From a virus, in the IMG/VR virus record IMGVR_UViG_3300032304_001060, positions 1 through 64,000 of that record: 64,000 bases of DNA. One strand, 5' to 3'. The notes under the pieces were generated by a model. That model worked only from the letters and a program-made list of their open reading frames with translations, was not told where the DNA came from and did no database searches. The position numbers and the translations under genes are program-made. Of the stretch, positions 37,691-46,795 are shown piece after piece; the first letter of the stretch is position 1, and each line of letters opens with the position of its first letter.

Positions 37691-37731
37691 GACATCGAAG
37701 TTACTCATCAGTAACATTACCAACCAGTAAC
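37689..37731 (+). promoter_or_regulatory. Sigma70/SigA-type promoter of the recombinase, overlapped by two (G/A)TTAC-N6-GTAAC boxes
   Basis: TTGACA (37689-94)-N17-TAACAT (37712-17). Boxes at 37700-37715 and 37716-37731. Confidence 0.6.
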
Positions 37732-37748
37732 ATCATGAAGGAGGGCTC

Positions 37749-39011
37749 ATGGCATACGTTGTTAAGCGTGGCGATCGCTACACAGGCTATTATCGCAAGG
37801 GCGGTAAACGCCTCTCTGCTGGCACATGGCCAACGAAAACCGAGGCCGAATATCACGCCATGCAAGCGGACAGATCGGCTGGCACAGAGCCTTCTAGGGC
37901 TGTAAATGACCTATCGACCTATCTGGATTCATGGCTCAAGAGTGCCGATCTCATGCCTATCACGCTCAAGGGATATAGATCGGTACTGGAGAAGTACGTC
38001 ATGGCGGAATTAGGCGCGGTCAAAGTTACTTCAATTTCAAAGCGGGCGATCTCAGATTTACTTCAAAAATTGAAGGCGCAGGGCGTGGGGTCTGCAACTA
38101 TCCAGCAGGTCAAGGCGAGCCTAGGGTCGGCCTTCTCGCACCTCGTGGCCACAGGCGAACTAGCCGAGAACCCCACCCATGGCATCAAGGTCAGAGCACG
38201 CCATGCAGACATTGAGAAGATCATCGAGCCTGAAGAATTCAGGAAGATACTCAGTCACCTTCAGATCCAAGGTGCAAAGTTACTTGCCCAATTCCTAGTC
38301 GCATCAGGGTGCAGATTCGGAGAGGCGACCGAGATTCGGGTCAAGGACATCAATCTCAAGACAGGCGAGATATTCGTCCAGAGGCGAGTCAGCGATCTGG
38401 GCAAGAGCCATAGCAATAGATTCATGGTCATTGATGCCACAAAGTCGGGTCATAAGCGAAGCCTGACCATAAGCAAAGCCTTACTACAAGAGATTCGAGA
38501 CTATGTCTCAGCAAAAGCCCTATCAAAAGATGATCTGCTGTTCTCAAGGTTACTGGTGTGTGAACAAAGTAAAATAATAGATTCTCGTGGTGAAAAGTCT
38601 AAGCGACCATTCGCCCAAGACGGAAAACTGTTCCAGCATGGAACGCTGTACGCCTATACCCATGGGCGGTGCAGGTGCGGTGAATGCCGAGAGGCGATGC
38701 GAGAGTATCGTCGAAAGGCAAAGCCATACCAGAAGCAACAGCGATTCATCGACCAAACGAGTCACCTGCCACGAGATGTATGGAGAAAAATCTGGAACAA
38801 AGCAATAGACAAGTCCGCAATCGGGTGGACTCCTAGAACCCATGACCTACGGCACGCTAATGCCACTCAACTTCTAAAAGGTGGGGTGGACTTGCACGAG
38901 GTCAAGGAAAGGCTAGGTCACCAATCGATCAAGACGACAGAGCGATACCTACATCGCCTTCGTCACAACCAGTCAACGGCAGGGGAACTTGCCAATGACT
39001 TTTTGGAGTGA
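37749..39011 (+). CDS. int: Tyrosine recombinase/integrase
   Basis: GCRFGE (R), TKS (K), HDLRH, LGH and TERY catalytic set, with N-terminal arm/SAM-like domains. Confidence 0.9.
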   Translation: MAYVVKRGDRYTGYYRKGGKRLSAGTWPTKTEAEYHAMQADRSAGTEPSRAVNDLSTYLDSWLKSADLMPITLKGYRSVLEKYVMAELGAVKVTSISKRAISDLLQKLKAQGVGSATIQQVKASLGSAFSHLVATGELAENPTHGIKVRARHADIEKIIEPEEFRKILSHLQIQGAKLLAQFLVASGCRFGEATEIRVKDINLKTGEIFVQRRVSDLGKSHSNRFMVIDATKSGHKRSLTISKALLQEIRDYVSAKALSKDDLLFSRLLVCEQSKIIDSRGEKSKRPFAQDGKLFQHGTLYAYTHGRCRCGECREAMREYRRKAKPYQKQQRFIDQTSHLPRDVWRKIWNKAIDKSAIGWTPRTHDLRHANATQLLKGGVDLHEVKERLGHQSIKTTERYLHRLRHNQSTAGELANDFLE

Positions 39012-39547
39012 TGATGAAACATCTACATAGAAGCCGAGTACTGATCGGTGGGGCTATCTCAGTCCTAGTGACAGGTCTAGGGGTCGTGGCAGGACAGCCA
39101 CAAGCCATAGCACCAGTCAAAGCCGAAGCAGTAGTCATATCAAAAAGCACAGTCCGAATGAACACGCTGGCCAAGTACAGCAACGCAGATAGCCTGACCG
39201 ATCGTGATCTGGTCAAGTTACTAGGTGCTGTCGGGTTCGAAGGCAAAGCCTTACGACAAGCGTGGGCAATCGCTAAGAAAGAATCAACAGGACGACCTCT
39301 CGCCCATAACGGAAACCGAAATACTGGAGATAACTCTTACGGGTTATTCCAGATCAATATGCTCGGTTCTCTGGGCGAAGAGCGACGGGATAAATTCAGT
39401 TTAGGTTCAAACGCTGAATTGCTCAACCCTGTGGTGAATGCCAAAGTCGCTTATCACATGAGCGATGCTGGGCAGGACTGGAGTGCATGGAAGGGAACTA
39501 ATACGAAGCGAGTCAAGTACTGGCTAAGTAAATTCCCTAAGGCATAA
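39008..39547 (+). CDS. Secreted lysozyme-like/transglycosylase protein
   Basis: N-terminal TM/signal, then AWAIAKKES...DNSYGLFQIN...NPVVNAKVA...WSAW. Confidence 0.8.
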   Translation: MMMKHLHRSRVLIGGAISVLVTGLGVVAGQPQAIAPVKAEAVVISKSTVRMNTLAKYSNADSLTDRDLVKLLGAVGFEGKALRQAWAIAKKESTGRPLAHNGNRNTGDNSYGLFQINMLGSLGEERRDKFSLGSNAELLNPVVNAKVAYHMSDAGQDWSAWKGTNTKRVKYWLSKFPKA

Positions 39548-39638
39548 GGCAAAGCCAAAGGCAAAGCCATATCAAAAGCAAGACGGCATACGGGAGCCCC
39601 CGTCAGAAATGGCGGGGGTATCTCAGACAAGGAGCAGC

Positions 39639-40004
39639 ATGTACAACAAAGATACTTCGTGGGAAAACGATACGAAGACGTACATAAAGAAAGCCAAACA
39701 ATATGCCAATCCTCACGATCCTCACATGGGTGCTCATCGTGAATCAGAAGAAACTCCTCTTACTCCAAAACAAGTAGAAGAAATTTTCTGGGAAAAATTA
39801 GTTAATAAGGGTTGGAAATTAGACTTAGAAAAGAAAATAACAGGAATTGTTCTCCTTTGCCCTGATTGCGAAGAGATTGTAGATAGATACAGATTTATAA
39901 AAGCCACACAAATAGCCAAAATTGTGGGAGATAGGTACATCGCAGCAGTAATTGCTATTCATAATGGCAAACCATGTAAGCCAGAGGCCACAGGAGAAGC
40001 ATAA
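39639..40004 (+). CDS. Hypothetical protein
   Basis: AGGAG RBS before ATG 39639. Contains CPDC. Confidence 0.55.
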   Translation: MYNKDTSWENDTKTYIKKAKQYANPHDPHMGAHRESEETPLTPKQVEEIFWEKLVNKGWKLDLEKKITGIVLLCPDCEEIVDRYRFIKATQIAKIVGDRYIAAVIAIHNGKPCKPEATGEA

Positions 40005-40011
40005 GCAATAG

Positions 40012-40040
40012 CAAAAGCCCCACCAGAAGGTGAGGCTTTA
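40012..40040. terminator. Hairpin between convergent genes (probable bidirectional terminator)
   Basis: AAAGCCCCACC-AGAA-GGTGAGGCTTT. Confidence 0.55.
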
Positions 40041-40061
40041 GCCAAAGCAATACCAGAAGCG

Positions 40062-42080
40062 TTACTGGTTATCTTTAATTAACTTCACTTCACAGGCATC
40101 GGTGGTGCAGTAAGCCTCACCAATAGCATCAGAAGCCATACCAGCATAGACACCAGCCAGATCGATAGGGAACAACTTCAGTGTTCCTTCTGTCTCGTAC
40201 TCTTCTTGAGTGATCTGTGTGTAAGGCATCTGAGGATAGACAGCATTACCAGAAGGCAAGAATGAGACAGTCTTAAGTTGACCGTCATACATATGCAAAG
40301 CCGTACCAATAGCCGAAGCCTCTGTCTCTGGATCAAACGAGATCGTTACTGAGACAGAGTTGTCTGACCAATATCTTTGCGCCGTTGCTGCCAACGCCAT
40401 CTTCTCGTAGATACTGACGTCCTTCTCAGAACGCTTTGCATCTGATTTGATAGGGAAGAAGACAACCGAAGTTGTATCGGGCGATTCATTTGCTGGCTCT
40501 ACGCGGTAGTTGGCTAACTTAAAGAGTGGCAGCATCGGATCAGAGTTACTAAAGCGAATGGCGCGATTGAAGTACTCACCACCTACAGTCCAGTGAACTC
40601 CAGGAGATTCACCAGCAAGGATAGAGACTGTGCCTGATGGCTTAACAGTTGTCATCTTGATTGACTCACGAATGCCGAGCCACTCCGAGTATGTGGTGTC
40701 GTAGGTCTTGATGATCTTGTATCCCTCATCCATCCACTGGCGAAGAATTGGCAAGCCCCTGTTATCTGCAAAGTTAGCAACGCCAGAGATTGATGTGCCG
40801 ATGCGACGATTACGTTGCATGATGGCGTTGGTCTCTTCCCAGTGAGTTGGAAGTAGCGTTACAGTCTTTGCATAGAGATAAGCAAACTTCAGTGTGCGCT
40901 TGAAATCATCGAGTGAGTCATGGCGGTTGAGGTAAGTCTCAACCAAAGTGCAACACTCATAAGACTCTAGTGACTGTTCAGCACATGGGTTGTACCCCGC
41001 GATGCGCCAATCCTTATTGTTCTCTGGGTCTGCAAGACGACCGAACTTCTTTGATACATCCATCCAGATAACTCCTGGCTCACCATTGAGTTTAATTCCC
41101 TCAACGATTGCGTCAAGATCATCTCCCACATTGACAGCCACAGAGTTGTTCGACATCCAGCCATGGGTCAGACGCTCTGGGTACTTGTCGTAATTCTTGA
41201 GGTTGAGGAACTCCTCATCATCGATACGGCCAATAAGTAACTCAGCAGAGCGACGCACGTTGCCAGAGACAACACAGACACCGATCATGTTGCCGATGTC
41301 GGCAATGTCACGACGTGTAAGTAGTTGCCCTGCACGACCTGCAAACATCTGGTGTAGGTAGTCGTGGAGTTTAATTAGTGGGTCTGGCCCTGCTGCGGTT
41401 CCTCCAAAGGTCTTAATCGGAACTCCTGCTGGACGAATTTCGGAGTAGTCAAAGATAGGCTTCTTCGAATCTGGCTTAAGGTAGCAATCGATGATTGCGG
41501 CAGTCGCTCTGACCCAACCTTCTCTGGTATCGGGAATGACATGAGTTACTTCTCCTTGTGGTTCATAGATAGTGAATTCTTTATCTGCGCCTTTATCATC
41601 AAAGCCCACACCCACACCGAGCATGGATGCCTCCATCAAGAAGGCAAACGGCTTGGATGGCTCTACCTTGTTCATCGACCCTGTCGATACGAAAGCACAA
41701 TTCTGTAGGGCTGCTGAGTTACGCTGAATGTTTACGATTGGTGTACCCATGACCCATAGACCACGTCCAGGTGGAGTCCACTTGAGATTCCACAGTCGAT
41801 CAAAAGCCTCCTTTGCAGAGGCTGCTGCCTTAGCATCTGACCATGGCAGACGAGCAGTTTTGGCGTGATCCTTCTGGAGCGAGTACATGCCATTGATGAC
41901 TCTCTCACATACATCTACCCAAGTCTCCTTAGTACCATCTTCTTTGAGACGTGAATAGGTTCTGAGAAAAGTAATCTCTCCTACGGAATTTCCTGCTGCG
42001 TCTTGATAACCGAAGGGCGCTTTCTTTGCCCGATATGGTGCAACAAAATCTTCGGTTAATTTAAATGAAAACAACGACAT
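40062..42080 (-). CDS. nrdJ: Class II (adenosylcobalamin-dependent) ribonucleoside-triphosphate reductase
   Basis: PPGRGLW, ALQNC, GNVRRSAE, NPCAEQSL, TVKPSGT and a C-terminal CTTDAC redox pair. Confidence 0.92.
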   Translation of the reverse strand: MSLFSFKLTEDFVAPYRAKKAPFGYQDAAGNSVGEITFLRTYSRLKEDGTKETWVDVCERVINGMYSLQKDHAKTARLPWSDAKAAASAKEAFDRLWNLKWTPPGRGLWVMGTPIVNIQRNSAALQNCAFVSTGSMNKVEPSKPFAFLMEASMLGVGVGFDDKGADKEFTIYEPQGEVTHVIPDTREGWVRATAAIIDCYLKPDSKKPIFDYSEIRPAGVPIKTFGGTAAGPDPLIKLHDYLHQMFAGRAGQLLTRRDIADIGNMIGVCVVSGNVRRSAELLIGRIDDEEFLNLKNYDKYPERLTHGWMSNNSVAVNVGDDLDAIVEGIKLNGEPGVIWMDVSKKFGRLADPENNKDWRIAGYNPCAEQSLESYECCTLVETYLNRHDSLDDFKRTLKFAYLYAKTVTLLPTHWEETNAIMQRNRRIGTSISGVANFADNRGLPILRQWMDEGYKIIKTYDTTYSEWLGIRESIKMTTVKPSGTVSILAGESPGVHWTVGGEYFNRAIRFSNSDPMLPLFKLANYRVEPANESPDTTSVVFFPIKSDAKRSEKDVSIYEKMALAATAQRYWSDNSVSVTISFDPETEASAIGTALHMYDGQLKTVSFLPSGNAVYPQMPYTQITQEEYETEGTLKLFPIDLAGVYAGMASDAIGEAYCTTDACEVKLIKDNQ

Positions 42081-42247
42081 AACCCCTACCATTTCTATTA
42101 ATGTGCAAATACCCCTCAGTGGGTTGCTTAGTATTACGCTTGAAACCCTACCATGTATATGTCAATAAGGTTGAGTACTTTATTCAATGTTGGTGGGTCA
42201 AACTTCCCTCCACCTTGATCCACTTCACTCCACTTGCTGTTATCAGA

Positions 42248-43756
42248 TCATTGATCTTCGATAGATTCCGAGATAATCCTTGTCACAGTCTCTTCTTTTA
42301 GCGTCTCTGGTAACTCCTTGAGAGCCTGAGCACGATCGCCAAAGATTGCAGAGAGAACTCCACCAGCAGATTGTCGCTGTGCGGTGATCTGAATGAACTC
42401 CTTGTTGGTCTCCATCTCCTTGACTTGACCAACCAATTTGTAGAGGCGGTCAATCTCCTGAGAGAGATTTGGATCGGCGTAGCCACCATTCATTTCTTCT
42501 GCAAAACGCATAAAAGCCACTCTTTGGCCTTGCATTTCAATAATTGCAGTAAGTAGCGCTTTGAGTTGATCCTTAGTCTTGACCTCTATTGGGAGATTAA
42601 ATGCACACATGTTTTCGGGCTTAAAGGCTGGACAGTTAGATGCAACGAAACATGTGTTGCACTGACGTAGGGATGACTGCTGGTTGTTGATGACTGGAAC
42701 TTCTTTAAGAACATCTCGTCCTTCTTCATCAGTCTCAACTACAGTCTTCATCTTTACACCGAATACAGGGAGATTCTGCATCTCTTCAGGGTCTCTTTCA
42801 ACCAACTTAGTCGGTTCATTCTTCCGCACTTCGAGGTCACTGTTATCAGATGCACCCCCCATCATTTCCATCAAACCACTCATGAGTGGGGTATCGCTGT
42901 TATCAGATACTTGGGCGTTCTTGCCCCCGTCAATGATGTGTAGATCGGGTGTCTTCTTGTCCATTGATTCCTCTAATCGCTTGTATGACCAGACGGCTAC
43001 CCTAGTGGATTCGAGGGTACTATCTGCTATGAACTCAGAGTAGTCTAGTCCAGCCTTCTCTACCATCGCCTTGTAGCGAGGTCGTGCTTGGTCTTTCATT
43101 CTCTTGGGGTAGCGGTTTAACTTGGTGCCATCCCAGACGATTGTCTCGCCTCTTCTCATGGGCGAAAGCCATGACAATGTGCTGGCTGTGCTAAATGGTA
43201 CCTGCCTCAGATTGTCTGGCTTGGCACATCCAATGGCATGGAAGGCGGTTCCATGCGATCTCTGCAAGGTACGGGTAAGGCTTGCGAGGTTCTTGACTGA
43301 CTCGATTGTGTCGTTGGGAATGGCGATGTTGGAGTAACTTTTAGCCAAGGCCTGAAGATTACTTATCCCATCTGACTCATGCCAGACTACCCATAACTTA
43401 GGGTCGTTACTGAAGAAAGAACGTTGTTGGGCGATCCATTCTTGACCTAGGACTTGGGAATCAAACTCCAGAAACGCTTCTGCTCGATCCGCATTGTTAA
43501 CAAGAAACTCCTGATAGTCGGCTGCCAGATCAAGTAACTCTTGACGGGACAGGCCAGCCTTGTCTGCCTGTGATGCGCCAGACTCAATGTAGACCTTGGC
43601 CTCTGGTTCAAAGTGTTCTGAGATCAGCCATATCTTGGTCTTGGGTAGCCCACGCTTGCGAAGACCCCAGTAGTTGAGCCCCATCGACTCAACCTTCATG
43701 CCTTCGAGTAGGGTTCTATTGGAGCCCACTTCGACTCCTGAGAATATGAGGTTCAT
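42248..43756 (-). CDS. TGT/DpdA-like barrel protein with C-terminal Cys cluster (tentative)
   Basis: YIESGA resembles the (L)DSGA motif and FHAIG...PFSTASTLSW resembles H.LG...PF.S.DSxSW. Also CNTC..SNC...C. Confidence 0.4.
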   Translation of the reverse strand: MNLIFSGVEVGSNRTLLEGMKVESMGLNYWGLRKRGLPKTKIWLISEHFEPEAKVYIESGASQADKAGLSRQELLDLAADYQEFLVNNADRAEAFLEFDSQVLGQEWIAQQRSFFSNDPKLWVVWHESDGISNLQALAKSYSNIAIPNDTIESVKNLASLTRTLQRSHGTAFHAIGCAKPDNLRQVPFSTASTLSWLSPMRRGETIVWDGTKLNRYPKRMKDQARPRYKAMVEKAGLDYSEFIADSTLESTRVAVWSYKRLEESMDKKTPDLHIIDGGKNAQVSDNSDTPLMSGLMEMMGGASDNSDLEVRKNEPTKLVERDPEEMQNLPVFGVKMKTVVETDEEGRDVLKEVPVINNQQSSLRQCNTCFVASNCPAFKPENMCAFNLPIEVKTKDQLKALLTAIIEMQGQRVAFMRFAEEMNGGYADPNLSQEIDRLYKLVGQVKEMETNKEFIQITAQRQSAGGVLSAIFGDRAQALKELPETLKEETVTRIISESIEDQ

Positions 43757-44244
43757 TAGTCTTGCCAGAACTGTAGGTCTTTAGGAGATGCTGCATCCTT
43801 AGATTTGGCGATGTTAACTCGTGTAATTGCTGCCTCGATCTCACCCCACTGGCGCACCTTCTTAGGCGCATCAGGGCGACGTTCAACAGCAAGATAGCCA
43901 GGATTCATAAACATCACTGCAGGGATTCCCTGCTCCTCAAAGACCCACGCACACATTAAAGGGTCAGAGTCCACGTACATCTCGATCGGTGCACGAGAGC
44001 GACTCACCACGAACTGGCGCTTCTTTAAGTCTTCACCTTCAAGGTAAAAAGAACGGTCGATGAGATCATCGTAGTTAATAATTCCGTGCGATTGAAGCCA
44101 GTGCTCTGCATCCTCAGTCTTACGGGAGGTCATGATGGCCACTCGGTTATTGATATTGAGGGCATAGTAGAGCGCCACTCCTGCTCGGATTGGATCGCCT
44201 GAATCCGAACTAAGTACGCCGTCTAGTGATACGAGTATATTCAT
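43756..44244 (-). CDS. HAD-superfamily (PNKP-phosphatase-like) protein with degenerate motif I
   Basis: ILVSLDGVL, MTSR, WL..HGI..YDDL, K and YVDSD. Confidence 0.55.
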   Translation of the reverse strand: MNILVSLDGVLSSDSGDPIRAGVALYYALNINNRVAIMTSRKTEDAEHWLQSHGIINYDDLIDRSFYLEGEDLKKRQFVVSRSRAPIEMYVDSDPLMCAWVFEEQGIPAVMFMNPGYLAVERRPDAPKKVRQWGEIEAAITRVNIAKSKDAASPKDLQFWQD

Positions 44245-44246
44245 TA

Positions 44247-45185
44247 TTATCCTGGTGTTTTGTAGGTTGCTGCTCTTCGAATTAGGGTCTGAGTATCAGG
44301 CAGATCAACGCCATACGTGCTCTCTGCTTGTTGCGCTTTGTACGTGTCCCAGTACTCAGACATCTTTTTTAGGGTTGGTACGGTTCCGTACTTCTTACCC
44401 GCTTGCCATCGGTAGTTATAAAAGTCAGAGTAGCCATGGCCACTCTGAGTAAACGCATATCTGCGTGAGCGATGGATATCGTCAAATAGTAGTGATGCTT
44501 GCATCAGGGATGCCTGTAGTCTGAACTCTGCATTCCGTCGTGCAGGATCATTCTGTGCACCTTGTAGATCAGTCAATGCCTGTGAGTAGTGGCTAACAAT
44601 TTCTGCGGTGCGTGCACGATCACGTTCTGCTAGGACATCGCCTACCTTGCTGTGTGGTGCACCTTGCTTTGATGGAAATACTGTCCACTCATTGTGGGTC
44701 AAGTCGTATGCAGCATAGGGATTGATAGTACGGATATCTGTAGCGCCAGGATTGACGTAGAAGGTAACTTCAAACCCGTTCCACTCCTGTGTATCTGGCT
44801 GTAGATTCTCGCGGAAATCTTCGTTGAGCATCTTGCTGATCTCAATGTCAGATAGGCCATGGTAGTCAGGGTGCGCTTGACGGAACTGGATGTAGTTAAC
44901 ACCAATCAGAATATCTAAGTCTTTCGGATAGCGCTGTGCTGACCATTGGTAGGAGACGGCAGAGCCAGCAATCCATACCGTTGTCCACAAATCTGCATGA
45001 CGATACTGATCGCCAAGGAAATCAAAGAGCATATGGAGAATGCCGTTACGAACCCAGCCCTTGAGAGTTACGTTAGAGAATAACTCTGGGTCTAGGTTTT
45101 CTTCTGGAGCCGAGAAGTAGGAGGTAGGGCTTTCCTGCATGTCTACAGGAGCCACGTACTTGCCTAGTCCATCGAAACGGTTCAT
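44247..45185 (-). CDS. Nucleotidyltransferase (Pol beta superfamily)
   Basis: IAGSAVSYQW...DLDILI, with a third acidic strand FEVTFYV. Confidence 0.7.
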   Translation of the reverse strand: MNRFDGLGKYVAPVDMQESPTSYFSAPEENLDPELFSNVTLKGWVRNGILHMLFDFLGDQYRHADLWTTVWIAGSAVSYQWSAQRYPKDLDILIGVNYIQFRQAHPDYHGLSDIEISKMLNEDFRENLQPDTQEWNGFEVTFYVNPGATDIRTINPYAAYDLTHNEWTVFPSKQGAPHSKVGDVLAERDRARTAEIVSHYSQALTDLQGAQNDPARRNAEFRLQASLMQASLLFDDIHRSRRYAFTQSGHGYSDFYNYRWQAGKKYGTVPTLKKMSEYWDTYKAQQAESTYGVDLPDTQTLIRRAATYKTPG

Positions 45186-45204
45186 GGACTAATTCTATGT
45201 CTAA

Positions 45205-45492
45205 TTAGGCTTGTGGTGTCTCTATGCCACGATCGCTTAATGCAGATCGTAACTTGGCTTTTATCTCTTCAGACTCATCTTTTGGCTGTAGGAGTGGAGC
45301 AATCGATCGTGCAATTCGATCTGCAAGCAACTGGCTCTCAATATCGGTGACTAACTCTTTGCTGCAGCCAAATACGTCGTAGGTAGTTGCTTGACGGCGA
45401 GTGTTCTCATCCGCAGGGTGTAGGTGGGTCGACATTGTTCCATCAGCATTGATAACAACCGTGTAGGCTGCCTCAATCATCTTCTCATCCAT
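45205..45492 (-). CDS. Hypothetical protein
   Basis: MDEKMIEAAY..., coupled to the upstream stop. Confidence 0.55.
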   Translation of the reverse strand: MDEKMIEAAYTVVINADGTMSTHLHPADENTRRQATTYDVFGCSKELVTDIESQLLADRIARSIAPLLQPKDESEEIKAKLRSALSDRGIETPQA

Positions 45493-46046
45493 TATCGCAA
45501 TCCTTCCATGAGTTTCTGCTTGCGTTGTGCTACGCCTATCGCTACTGGACAAAAATCGCATAGGTAAGTCTTTTGTCCTGGGGAATCTTTGTACTTCTCC
45601 ATACCTTCTGCTTGACGCTCTTTTTCTGTCTTAGGAATGAGCATCTTGTCGACATCGTGCCAATCAGAGCACCCATCTTTAGGTTGGTTATGGCGACGAT
45701 AACATGTCATTGCATCATCCATGAAGATAGATCGTGAGTCATAGAAGGTGTCATCGATCTCTGCAAGGCCTTTGGAACCGCCACCTTTAATCTGGCGAAT
45801 GATCTCTTGCTTCGATTTGGTATCAGCCCATGAACGGAGAGGTAGAACAAATAACTTGCCCTTATGTGGCTCTCCTGATGGGAATACGTGGTTCTCACAT
45901 GCAACAGCCAAGAGCATGTCTAACTCTGGATCGCCGTCGTATGGAGGGAGTTCTTCTAGTGATTGGCAGACAAGGCAAAATAGCAAACGAAACATAGGTT
46001 CATTTGCTTCTGGCTTCTTCTGTCCAAGAATGGGTACGTTACTCAT
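45492..46046 (-). CDS. Hypothetical Zn-binding protein
   Basis: CLVC, H, C..H..C and YLCDFCP. Confidence 0.6.
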   Translation of the reverse strand: MSNVPILGQKKPEANEPMFRLLFCLVCQSLEELPPYDGDPELDMLLAVACENHVFPSGEPHKGKLFVLPLRSWADTKSKQEIIRQIKGGGSKGLAEIDDTFYDSRSIFMDDAMTCYRRHNQPKDGCSDWHDVDKMLIPKTEKERQAEGMEKYKDSPGQKTYLCDFCPVAIGVAQRKQKLMEGLR

Positions 46047-46095
46047 GGTGCTCCTTATAGTAGTCCGATTAGTCTAACAGATTGCGGAACTTCTC

Positions 46096-46329
46096 TTATT
46101 CTCCTGTTTTGTACTGAATGCGTTGAGAGGACTCGTCGTAAGGACGTAACTCTGTATAAGCCCATGAGGGTTTTCCAGTACGCTCTGCGTGGGCATCGAC
46201 TGCTCGCCGCATTGCTGCACGACCTTGAGGACTGCCTAGATCATGGTGACGAATCTTTTGGTTGTCTGTGCCCATACCACCGTTGGTGATGTAGTACTTA
46301 GTAGCACGATTGGGAACTTTAGCAGCCAT
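46096..46329 (-). CDS. Hypothetical protein
   Basis: 77 aa ORF in a small-gene array. Confidence 0.5.
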   Translation of the reverse strand: MAAKVPNRATKYYITNGGMGTDNQKIRHHDLGSPQGRAAMRRAVDAHAERTGKPSWAYTELRPYDESSQRIQYKTGE

Positions 46330-46331
46330 GA

Positions 46332-46616
46332 TTACTTCCCACTCACTGGTGGAAATCTAAACTCGCTAGGATTCTGTGGTCCACTTGGAGTCTTAGGAAT
46401 TGGTGGGACAGGTGTTTTTGGGCGTGAAGTAGGGGTTCCTACTTGCAGAATGTTTCCAGCACGAGTGTGTGCCCGTTGCTGGAAAGCATTTTGCCAGATC
46501 GGATGGCTTGCAGGAAAAGTAAGTATTTGATTTTTAGGCATTGGAGTTACATTTGGTTTGAGGAAATTTTTGACTTTTGCACCAACAGACTTAAATTGGC
46601 GAGGAGAAAGGTTCAT
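46332..46616 (-). CDS. Hypothetical protein with MNLSPRQF leader
   Basis: 94 aa, GGAGG RBS. Confidence 0.55.
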   Translation of the reverse strand: MNLSPRQFKSVGAKVKNFLKPNVTPMPKNQILTFPASHPIWQNAFQQRAHTRAGNILQVGTPTSRPKTPVPPIPKTPSGPQNPSEFRFPPVSGK

Positions 46617-46619
46617 AGG

Positions 46620-46793
46620 TTACTTACCTCCAAAAAGTGCTTTTCCGATAACTTTTTGAGCATCAGTTACTTTGGCATGTCTTTCGTAATCAAAATTAGG
46701 ATCAACATGAATCATTCCGCAAGATGGACATGGATTATTCATGTCGACTTTGCGCTTAGGATCTTTATTACGATCTGGAACTGTGTCAGCCAT
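46620..46793 (-). CDS. Hypothetical protein (57 aa, CPSC)
   Basis: Manual translation MADTVPDRNKDPKRKVDMNNPCPSCGMIH...ALFGGK. Confidence 0.55.
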   Translation of the reverse strand: MADTVPDRNKDPKRKVDMNNPCPSCGMIHVDPNFDYERHAKVTDAQKVIGKALFGGK

Positions 46794-46795
46794 GA

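Larger units (their letters stand above)
38401..40313 (+). repeat. Dispersed ~19 bp direct-repeat array, consensus GCAAAGCCWTACCARWAGC
   Basis: At least 12 degenerate copies in one orientation, inside four genes and the intergenic DNA. Confidence 0.65.
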
